Made by a program: the position numbers and the translations under genes. DNA of 64,000 nucleotides from Paraspadella gotoi (lineage: Eukaryota; Animalia; Chaetognatha). Location: positions 15,047,360-15,111,359 of the forward strand of contig CM119270.1 of assembly GCA_051294375.1 (NCBI GenBank), read 5' to 3'. Shown here piece by piece: positions 11,891 through 21,435 of this stretch; within the stretch, counting starts at the first letter, position 1, and the number at the start of each line of letters is the position of its first letter. The notes under the pieces are model-generated. The model did no database searches, was not told where the DNA came from, and saw only the letters and a list, made by a program, of their open reading frames with translations.

Positions 11891-14800
11891 CTGACGAGAT
11901 TGATACGAACGCAGCCAGAACTGAAAAGCAGCGATGGACGAACTGAAAACTAAAGGTTTCAGTTAAGTCAACACCGAAAGAGGATTCATTGAATGGCTTG
12001 AGTGGAGCGTGATGAAGGCTGAAAGCGCTGGAGCTAAGTGAAGTGAGCGCGGGAGCTAAGTGATGAGAACGTAGGAGCGGAAAGAGTTCGACGTGATTCG
12101 AGGAAAGAACCGCGAATCAAAAACCTATTTACGAATGGGAATAAAATGGCGGCGAAGGAAATTTTAAAAAAATATACGTTTTTATGCGAATGCAACAAGA
12201 TTGATTCAGTAAGTCTGCAAAATGCGTTTAAAAGAAGAGGGAGGGAGAAAAAATAATAATAATAATAAGGCAATAATAGTAAACAATATTTAAAATTGTT
12301 TTCATGTCGTAAAAAATGTCGGCGCCTTTTGATGAAACCCGGATAAATTGGAGCCACTCGATTTATGGCGGGAAAATTAAAAAAAAAAAGAGAAAAAATC
12401 TGATCCTTTTAATCAAAGATTTTTCCCCACCTACCCCTACTCCTCACAAACGCCCACATGTCCCATCCAAAACCACCCGTGACACAGCTGGGACATCACC
12501 AACACGACGGCGGAGAGGAAAACGGCCAAGTATCCGTGTTGCGAAGTGCCTTACTCGCAACTCTACTATCACATGCACATGAAGCGAAAACCCGTGCTGC
12601 AGATCTTCCAGATCGTTATGCCTTGCATGCTGCTGTGAGTAGGAATCAAGGGAATGTGGTGGAACGAGAGAAAAATATGTAGTCCTAAAAGTAAAAAAAA
12701 AAGTTTCATGTTGTGATAATTAACAATACAATAAAATAACCCGATCCAGTTTTTACAAATAAAATTGTTCTAAGTACTGTTGCCGTTTATTTATCGAACG
12801 CACCTTCACCCTCCTTACCCCCCCCAGCCTACGCCCTGACCCTGACCTCTTTTTGGCTGCCCCAAGACTCCTGCGGGCAAAGCCTCCTCTGGCGACGACC
12901 ATCTTCTTGGCTCTTTGCGTCCAACTGCTCGTCGTCGCCGAAGATACATCCGTCCGCCTCCTCCGTCCCCATTATTGGCATCTACTACGCCATGAACAGT
13001 GGAGAGAAGAAAAGGGTGGGGTGGGTGGGAGAGGAGTGGGGGTGGGTGGAATGAGGGGATCGGGAGTTAGAGAAGAGAGAAGCGGCAGATTGAAAGGATA
13101 GACGAAAAGGAATTTAAAATGAGAGAAGAGGAAGAATGAAAAAAAAAAATCAGAATAACAAACTAATTCATACTAAATTAGAAAAAATGGAAAAAATATA
13201 AGGAAAGAGAGTTAAAAACAAATTTCAAGAAAATAAAAATAAAACGGGAAAGAAAATCGGAGTGAAAACAAAATATTTTTTTTTTTAAGAAAAAAAAAGA
13301 GAAACATAATACTTACTGGAGTGGTCTTTTCATACAATTGAAACATTCTTTGAAATATTTTCCACTTCATTGATAGGGAAGCCAGGTACTCTGGGAGTGA
13401 ATAAACGAGACTGTGAGAGAGTCTTGATTGAAAGCTTGTCATTATCTTGTAAGAGTGATGGAGGCCTTAAACCACCAAAGCCTGTCTAAAGTCAGGGGCA
13501 AGATAGCTTATTTATTAAATGAATGGATAATTTTTATATTGGTTGTACCAATTTCATAGGAATAAATTAAAAAAAGATATAAAGAAACAAAGGAACAATA
13601 AGAGTCCCCTTTTGCATTTCCCCCATCAGCATTCTCTCCGCACTGGCGGTGATGTCCTCCGTTCTGGTGCTGCACACCAAGTATCAAGGAACGACGAAAC
13701 GTCCCGTCCCTTATTGGCTCACCGTCGTTCTGAGGCATTTGTGTCCCAGGTGAATCGTTGATTGATTGATTGATAGTTTAGCGAGCGATTGATTCGTTTT
13801 CGATTGAATGGCGTTTGATTGATTTAATCTCTCGAAAGGAATTAATCTAAATTGTTGGTGGTTAATTTGCTCACGATTGATATGCTGTCCGATGTGGACA
13901 AAACTGGACATGCATCCGTGATAATCTAACCCCTTTTTAGGGTTACTTTTGAAGGGCGTAGCTTTTCTAAATTAGATCCTCTCAATTTACATTCGCTGTC
14001 TATCCTTATTTGTTTATCCTAATTTTTATCTTTCTCTTTTTCATATTTCCAAAACCCAGCGGCCTGCAAAACGCCCGTCTAGGTTCGGCCAAAGACGTCC
14101 GCATGCATTTCCTCAACAGCAACCGCAACTACGCCTACGGGATCGACTCAAACTCTAACTCACCCATCCACAAACCGTCACCAGCAGCAGCAATCATTCA
14201 AGCCCACCCAGCCGGCCAGTATTCTAGCCCCATTCTCGCCTAACGATGGACAGGTAGGAGAGAGAGAAGAGGAAGAGGAGAGAGAGAGAGAGGAGAGACG
14301 AGAGGAGGACGAGAGAGAAGATGAGAAGAGAGAGAGAGAGAGAGACGATAAACTACAATTCGATAAAAAAAAGATGGGGAAAATAACAAAAATTAATATA
14401 ATAAAACCAAACTTTGCATATTGTTTAATCGGCAGGCGAATCGAAAAGATAGAAGAAATTATGAAGAGAAAAGTTCAAGAGGAACAAGACCATTCGGAGA
14501 AGCAGAGATCTGAAGAAGCGCTGAGGTAATTTCTCCGAAGAGTTTTAATGTTGAACTAATTGAATTAATTGTAGAGAAGCAATACGTCGCATGTTACGAT
14601 CGGCTAAAAAAATTAAATGAGGCTTTAAATACTAATGTAGATATACTTACACACCCGCGTTAATGCTTGGTTTTCCCCCAGATTCCCTTTTACTAAAACA
14701 ACTAATCGTTTATCGCTTTATAACCGCTTCAATCGCTTTTGTTGCTTTACTCGCTTTGTATGTATTTTCTAATCGCGCTGCGTCTATCATTGCTTTTCCT

Positions 14801-14970
14801 CTTTCTCTTTTTCTTTTCTTCTCCAATCTCCAAAACTGCGCTATTTTAATCCTCCCAAAAAACCATCCAGACAAAAATGGAGTCTTTTAGCTCAACTCAT
14901 AGATCGAGCCTGCTTCATTATTTACCTTTGCATCCTCTCTGTTTCTCCGCTGATTATGTTGAGGCTGTGA
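7512..14970 (+). CDS. Cys-loop ligand-gated ion channel, divergent nicotinic acetylcholine receptor alpha-type subunit (alpha9/10-like motifs), 11 exons, ~500 aa
   Basis: Manual splicing at GT/AG sites: 7512-7817, 8521-8607, 10952-11035, 11394-11504, 11692-11795, 12488-12634, 12828-12998, 13630-13749, 14060-14253, 14436-14525, 14871-14970. Gives signal peptide, RVRPV, DEKHQ, WDPEDFDGI, WRPDVVLLN, Cys-loop C-EVEITYFPFDEQK-C, loop B FSTW, loop C YPCCEVPY, M1-M3, MA and WxLLAQLIDR-M4. Exons 7 and 9 need single-base indel corrections (likely sequencing error). Confidence 0.93.
8521..8607 (+). CDS. nAChR-like exon 2 (loop D)
   Basis: ttgtcag|LLESTFCYEFTWNNGLMTWDPEDFDGISK|gtgagt; 87 nt, phase 0-0. 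Confidence 0.92.
10952..11035 (+). CDS. nAChR-like exon 3 (loop A)
   Basis: caccag|VNMPVVDMWRPDVVLLNTAGQMLNFQQK|gtatcg; 84 nt, phase 0-0; contains the conserved WxPD motif. Confidence 0.9.
11394..11504 (+). CDS. nAChR-like exon 4 (loop E and most of the Cys-loop)
   Basis: cgccag|GDFYANVEKSGIVYWAPSITTKSICEVEITYFPFDEQ|gtgagt; 111 nt, phase 0-0. Confidence 0.93.
11692..11795 (+). CDS. nAChR-like exon 5 (Cys-loop end, loops B and F)
   Basis: cttcag|KCSLQFSTWMHDESEIDLQLKHNYVETYAFVTNTG|gtgaga; 104 nt, phase 0-2. Confidence 0.93.
11821..11891. repeat. (GAT)n microsatellite in intron 5
   Basis: Perfect GAT run. Confidence 0.95.
12488..12634 (+). CDS. nAChR-like exon 6 (loop C with vicinal cysteines, start of M1)
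   Basis: acacag|WDITNTTAERKTAKYPCCEVPYSQLYYHMHMKRKPVLQIFQIVMPCMLL|gtgagt; 147 nt, phase 2-2. Confidence 0.93.
12828..12998 (+). CDS. nAChR-like exon 7 (end of M1, M2, start of M3), with apparent indel errors
   Basis: Acceptor cccccag; three frames give YALTLTSFWLPQDSCG, KPPLATTIFLALCVQLLVVAE and PSASSVPIIGIYYAMN, collinear with nAChR M1-M2-M3. The donor position is uncertain by 1 nt. Confidence 0.85.
13318..13558 (+). mobile_element. Dispersed ~250-bp repeat family, copy in nAChR intron 7
   Basis: Reverse-complement matches to 32690-32960 and 33775-34007 (e.g. gatggaggccttaaaccaccaaagcctgtc, ccacttcattgatagggaagccag). Confidence 0.8.
13630..13749 (+). CDS. nAChR-like exon 8 (M3 and MX helix)
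   Basis: catcag|ILSALAVMSSVLVLHTKYQGTTKRPVPYWLTVVLRHLCP|gtgaat; 120 nt, phase 2-2. Confidence 0.92.
14060..14253 (+). CDS. nAChR-like exon 9 (M3-M4 intracellular loop)
   Basis: acccag|GLQNARLGSAKDVRMHFLNSNRNYAYGIDS...YSSPILA; adding one C at gcc-taa restores LTMDR and a phase-2 donor ag|gtagga that matches exon 10. Confidence 0.75.
14436..14525 (+). CDS. nAChR-like exon 10 (MA helix)
   Basis: cggcag|RIEKIEEIMKRKVQEEQDHSEKQRSEEALR|gtaatt; 90 nt, phase 2-2. Confidence 0.85.
14871..14970 (+). CDS. nAChR-like terminal exon 11a (M4, stop)
   Basis: atccag|QKWSLLAQLIDRACFIIYLCILSVSPLIMLRL*; ATTAAA at 15117 and 15124 downstream. Confidence 0.9.
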
Positions 14971-15424
14971 CAACGCCGGAAAAAAAATGTATAATCCAAT
15001 ATACCTCGTAGAGTCACTGATATATATGTACTTTTTTAAAAATAATATTCATTCTGTTCATTTCGTTTTGTTTATTTTCGCCGAGTAAAAAATATCTTCA
15101 TTCGTTTTATTTATTTATTAAAAATTAAAACCATACGCGACGTTATCGTGTCCGTGATTTAATCTATATTTCGTACGACTTTAATAATCTTCACAAAGAC
15201 CAATTTGTTTTTATTTTTTCAGTCCCATGAATGAAGCGTTAGTCATCCACGTCTCCGTTTTGCATCGCATGACTCTTGGAAGAAATCGTCATTTTACTAA
15301 TTCATTTTTTTAAATTTTATTTTACAATTATTTACATTTTCTCCTCGTCCTTTCTCACGCCAATCCAGCCCGTTCGCAACTCTCCTTTCTCCATTCTCAC
15401 TTCCTCTTTTTTCCTTTCTCCTTT

Positions 15425-15570
15425 CCTCCCCCCCACCCTCTACTCCTCCCCCCACCCCTCTACTCCTCCGCCCCACCGCCTACTCCTACCCCCTACCCTC
15501 TACTCCTCCCTCCACCCCTACTCCTCCCCCCACCCTCTACCCTCCCCCCCACCCCCTTCCTCCTCCTCCT
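15425..15570. repeat. C-rich ~20-bp tandem repeat directly upstream of exon 11b
   Basis: About 6 copies of ccccaccctctactcctccc. Confidence 0.8.
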
Positions 15571-15576
15571 CCCCAG

Positions 15577-15682
15577 ACAAGAGTGGCGGTTTGATCGCTC
15601 AACTCATTGACAGATTTTGCTTCATCCTCTACATTTGCGTCTTGACTCTTTTCCGCCGATCATCATCTCCGTCCCCAATTGA
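15577..15682 (+). CDS. Duplicated alternative terminal exon 11b (second M4)
   Basis: ccccag|a caa gag tgg cgg (t)ttg atc gct caa ctc att gac aga ttt tgc... = QEWRLIAQLIDRFCFILYICVLTL..PIIISVPN* after two small indel corrections; same acceptor phase as 11a. Confidence 0.72.
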
Positions 15683-15942
15683 TTAATGCAATATATGATT
15701 AATTAACATACTAACGCGCAAACGTTCTAATAACTTTAAATATTGCTTACGACGTAATTTAGCTACTTTTAGACAATTGTTAGACAAGCGGGGTTTTTTT
15801 CTCAAGGGTTTTTACAGGGTCATTGACGGCGTGCAAACTTGGTTGGGTTTGCGGAAGAGCATCTTTTTTAGCATCTCCGCCGTGATTTTTTTTCTTTCTT
15901 CTTTCTTTCTTTCTTTCTTCTTCTTTTCTCTTAATCTTTCCT

Positions 15943-15976
<34 letters not shown>

Positions 15977-18900
15977 GTCTTTCTTTCTTTATCTTTCTGC
16001 TATCATCTTTCTTTCTAAATTGTTCTTTCTTTTTTCTTCTATTTAACGTATCTTATTTTAACCACCTGCACCTCCGCTTCCGGTTTCTACTCTAACGGTT
16101 TACAGAACCAACGTCAGAAAACGAAAGAACCGCAAATTGACTGGACTTTTCTCGTCAGCCCTCCTAATTTTTTCCGCCGACAAAGAAACGAAAAATTTTG
16201 CTGAATATTTTATCCGACTCGTTGCATGGAAAAAACAGATGAAGGTCCGTTATCAAAAACGGAAACGCGAAAGGCGACTATTAATTTGTGTGTTCCGGAC
16301 CGAAAATGACTCATGACTAATGCCGTAACATATGACATGAGACATTATGAGATAGACCGACAAATTAATAAAAACGACCATGTTTAATTCCGGCGAAGAA
16401 AGGTGTTCTGTGTAATCGAAAAATTACCAAATCTTCGCCTGACCAGTGTCTTTTTTTTAATTATATTAAATTTGTGATGTTTATTATTCAAAAATTTAGT
16501 TGACAGTTTTTACTTGCGATTGTAAGGGCCAATCTTTTAAATTAAAGGGTTTGCAAGCGGAAAAAATATATATATGAGTTCAAAATATCTTTGAAATATG
16601 CTTTTCAGCCCATTCATTTTTAAAAAAATTTATTTTATTTAAACATGACCGAAAAGAGTTTCTTTTCTCCTATAATAATTAGTAAGAATTGAATAAACTT
16701 TAATATTTTAACGAAGATCGGCTGTACGTAATTTTCTCTCATTGCTATATTGTATTAAAAAATACTAATCCCGCCATGAGCCGAAAGTGTTTGATATTTT
16801 ACCGTGCCACAGTTTTTGACTATTCAGTTCACAGCATATGACAAATTACAATTTGATATTTGCCGTTTACACTTGTTTTGCAACAATCTCAGCACAGTTG
16901 ACTTCATCTCAGCACAATGGACTTGATGTGCCTATGCCTGTAATTGGGCTTGATTTAAAAATACATTTGTTTTCGGATTTGTTATGTAAATTGTTGAATT
17001 TTATCGATTCAATTCTTAAAGGAAAATATATGTCGCTATTAATGCCGTTGGCGCAAAATAAATCAAACTGAATTTAACCATCGCGACAAAATTATTTGGA
17101 AATATTATTTAAGTTATTCTCTTGTAAACTGAAACATTAATCAGCTGAATTAGTTCTCGTTAGGTATTAGAACATAAAGCTATTAGATGCTTTATGAACT
17201 CATTAAGACAAAACAAAACAGTAGGATAATAGAATCTGTCTTTTTTATCAGATTTAAAAAAAAAAAAAAACTGAAGCACAAACGAATTAAATTCTAACAC
17301 TTATTTAATTAACGCATTCAATATATAAAAGTTGTACGGAAATATCTTTTTGATCAAATTAACATATTTTCTTTTTAACATAATAAAGCCAATAGCTTTT
17401 ATTCTACATTAACCACATTAATACGAAATTTTTATATTTTCACTTCGTTCTTTGACGATACATTTCCAACGTGTCATTTTATGTTCTACAAGTAGTATCT
17501 TTGATTATTTTTACTTGCATCAACAGTGCCTGTTGTTTTTCTTTTCTCCTAACAGATTCTCTTATCAATTAAAACCAATCAGAAACATGCGATTTAAAAA
17601 AAAACAAACTTATCAAACGAAAACTTTGGTACAACCGACCTGCAGAGAGATGTTTTGAAATCTGCCATAAAGAAAAACTTTGAACTTCATATTTCCCCTC
17701 GCAAGTTTGACATTTTCTTCACCAGGTGAGTTTTTTATGTTCACTTTGAGATTTTTTTTTCTTAAAATCAAGAAAAAAAATTTTGGGGGTTCAACCACGT
17801 CAAATTTTTATTAACAAACATGTTTCGACTATGGTGATATTGTCAATTTGTGCTGATGACGGCTCTCACAAGATAAAAAATATGAATGAAGCATTATGAA
17901 GATAATCGATATAAACAAAAGAAAAACAAATGATTTTTTTTCTATATTGGGTTGTTTTGTCTGCCTGACGTGTGTTTTCCTGTCTTTGAATTAGTCTATT
18001 TAATCTTGTAAACGTTTTCCGGAGGCGGCTTACTCATAGGCCCTACTCTAAAACTCTCCAGCTCTTCTCCCTCTTCGTGCCGGCCTTATCCGCCAGTTCA
18101 AACGGAAATCATTTAAACAGGAAAGAGAAAACAATTAAATGAATATGACAATGTCAATTATGAATCAGATAACGAAAAACGACGACGAGGCCGACGACGA
18201 CGACGACGACGACGACGTATGTTCCGGTCTTCTTCCGGGTTTGAGATCTGCTCAGGGATTAAGTAATCACTGATCCGAAGATGTGAATGGAGGAGAAAGA
18301 GAGACAGTGAAGTCAGCGGTGGTATTGGTGGTTTAAGGGGTGGGAGGAGGTAGTGTAAGAGATGATAAGGGGTGGTAATGGTTGGCAAGGGTTGGTAAGG
18401 AATTTGCGGAGGAATTTATTCAAGACAAGAAAATCCGAAGACCAAAAAAAAGGATTTTCGTCTCGGGAGATTTTGCTCCGCGGGTCCGACGAGTTAAAAG
18501 GAACAAAAAGATTCACGATTTTACACGAGACGATTGTATTGTCTCTTNNNNNNNNNNNNNNNNNNNNNNNNNTATTTCTTTCTTCTCTCTCTTCTCCTCA
18601 TCATCTTGTTTATCTCTCTCATCACGTGGATCATCAAATAGTCTCTTTCTCTCCTCTCTCCCTCTTTCTCATATCCTCCTCGTCTCTCTCCGTCTTTCAT
18701 CTCTCTCATCTCTCTCTTCTCCTCTCTCTCTCTCTCTCTCTTCTCTGCCAGATCCTCCTCTCTCCATATCTCTATTTCTTTTTCTCAAGTAAATATTACG
18801 TGAGGTCGGGGGATTTTTTTGTCATCGAACAGATGGTTTTAAAATGACTTGTCAGAAAGGAAAGGAAATGTTTTAGCTAGAATTGTTCCTTTTTTTTTCT

Positions 18901-20154
18901 GAATTACTTTTGTTGTCTTTTCTCTTCTTCCATTTCTGCTTCCTCTAATTTTGTTTTCTGTTTTACCACCTTCCTCGTTCTCTAATGGTTCACTAATTTC
19001 TTTACCTTTTCTCTTCTCCTCTATGTTTTCCTTTCTTTTTATTCTCTCTCCTGACTTGTGCACATCGTCCTTCCCCTCCTTCTTCTCCTTCTTGATCTTA
19101 TTTCTCTACTCATACTCTTCCTCCTCCCTCTCACACTCGGCTCACTGGTCCCGCAACTCCCTCGTGCAGAAGATTTGCGGAGAACTTTTCTCCTGGGATT
19201 TGGATTATTGTCGCGAGGGAGAGGCAGAGAAAAGTGAGGAGAGAGAAGAGAGGAAGGGGGAGAGATGTAGAGGAAAAGCCAACAGGCGGCGAGGAAGGAG
19301 AGAGAGAGAAGAGAAAGAGAGAAAGGCTATAGTAAGAGAGAGGAGAGAGAGAGGAGGAGAAGAGGTGGAAGAGAGGAGGAGTAAAAGGATGTACAGTAGA
19401 GGGAGAGCAGAGAGAGAGAGGAGGAGAAAGGAATATTAGCAGGAACGAATAAAGAGGAACATCGGACAACAATTGAGAAAGAGACGTGAGAGAGAGAAGT
19501 AGGAGGGCTGATGAGCAAGGACGAGAGAAGAGAGACGCAGGATAGTAGAGAAGAGACGCCCAGAGGGATTGTGACACAGAGCATGAGGCTATGGTGGCTG
19601 GATTTTTGCTTCCGTTCGAAGGCGGAATGGTATTTTTGTTCCTGCGGTGGGACGAAAAATAAGGAAACAGTGGTTGTCCATTATAAATGTATTAACACCA
19701 GTTAACACGCGCTTTAACAGCCAACCTAAAGTTCCTAAAAGTTTCCGACAAACAGTTAGCCGAGACTCAAAAATAATTATTATTCGGAAACTATTAATAA
19801 TAATTTTATCACAAGAAGAATTGTTATTTTTTTCTCTTCTCTAATTTCACTAATTTCTTTCACCTTTCTCTTCTCTCTTGTTTCCTTTCTTTTATTCTCT
19901 CTCCTGACTTTCCTCGTCTTCCTCCTTCTTTCCTCTTGATCTTTCCTCTACTTCTTCCTCCTCCTCCTCTCTTTTTTTCTTTCTTTTCTTTCTTCTTATC
20001 TCTTCCTATATCTTCCTTTTTTTTTCTTCTCTCCTCTTCCCTCTTCCCTCCCTTCTCTTCCTCTTCTCTCCTCGCTCGGACCTTCAATTTCCACCGAAAA
20101 GGTCTCCGTGAAATAAATACCACACCATTAATGCGGTCATCCTGATGCGCGCCA

Positions 20155-20295
20155 TGACTGTTGGACAGGCTTTGGTGGTGTTAAGGTCATCACTCTTTTA
20201 CGAGAGATAAAGACATAGCAGGTCCTGACAAGCTTTCAATCAAGGACTGCTTATCGAACAAGATGCTCGTATGTAGTGTCAAACTCCCAGGAGAA
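20155..20295 (-). mobile_element. Noisy or degenerate copy of the same dispersed repeat
   Basis: ttggacaggctttggtggtgttaaggtcatcactc...acatagcaggtcctgacaagctttcaatcaag. Confidence 0.6.
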
Positions 20296-20425
20296 GTACT
20301 ACCTCAGTTAGGAGGCCAAAGATCCAAAGGGGACATATAAGCGCCTTTACAAAGGTGAAGTGGAAGACCCGGAAGTCAAAAAGTACAATGGTGTGATCAA
20401 NNNNNNNNNNNNNNNNNNNNNNNNN

Positions 20426-20458
<33 letters not shown>

Positions 20459-21400
20459 AAGAGACCCAGATTGTGGACCAGAGATGAGCTGGTGGTGGTT
20501 CCTTCGTTGAGCGATGGTATTTTTGTCCTGGTGGACGAATAGGAAAAAGTTTGTCTTTAATTTAAAGTTAACTTTAACCTAAAGTTCAAGTCGACAAAAC
20601 TTTAGCCGATCAAATAATTATTGAAACTATTAATTATCACAAGAAAATTTTAAAGAATATTCAGATTAGCTAGATTAGATAGTCAGTTAGATAGTCAGTT
20701 TGATAGTCAGTTAGATTCTTGACGCATCATTAAATAGGAAGCAATAGATACGAAATATCGCCCGATTCTCTGATCCGTGTTCGATTATCGAAGGGTTAAA
20801 GGTCCTTCGATGATATAAAATGTGGAATGAAAAATATGAAATTATTCAATACATAGTAATGACGGGGAAAATGTTTTATATTCGATAAAAAAAAATAAAT
20901 TGTCGGAAATAATAGGAACGAAGCCTTCGCGCAAATCTCCCCGACAAGAAGGAAATAGACGCTTGGCTTAATCGGTCCATATGCCGCCGTATTAACATGC
21001 TATTAAAAGAAAGAGGGGGAAAGATCCTTAATGCTCCGTTTCTCGTGGTATTAACTTTTTATTAAAGCAAAATGAAAATGGCGGGAAAAAGATCGGACTC
21101 GATCGAGCAATCGCTTTTTTATTGCCAGGGATGTAAACAGTCTCTTGCATATTTTAATTTGCTTAACTAACTTATATGCACTTACATATAATATATGTTA
21201 TATATTTTAATGAAAAAAATATTGTTTTCAAGTCTCTGGTATATGAACAGACAAGTTTAATTATATATATGACAGTCACGTTTTCTTTGCGGAAAAATAC
21301 AAGTGCGAGGTATCACATTGTATATAAACATATAGTTTGTGTTTCAACTTCTTACCGCAAATGTAATATATTTTCATGCAAAGATAAAGAAAATGTGATG

Positions 21401-21435
<35 letters not shown>

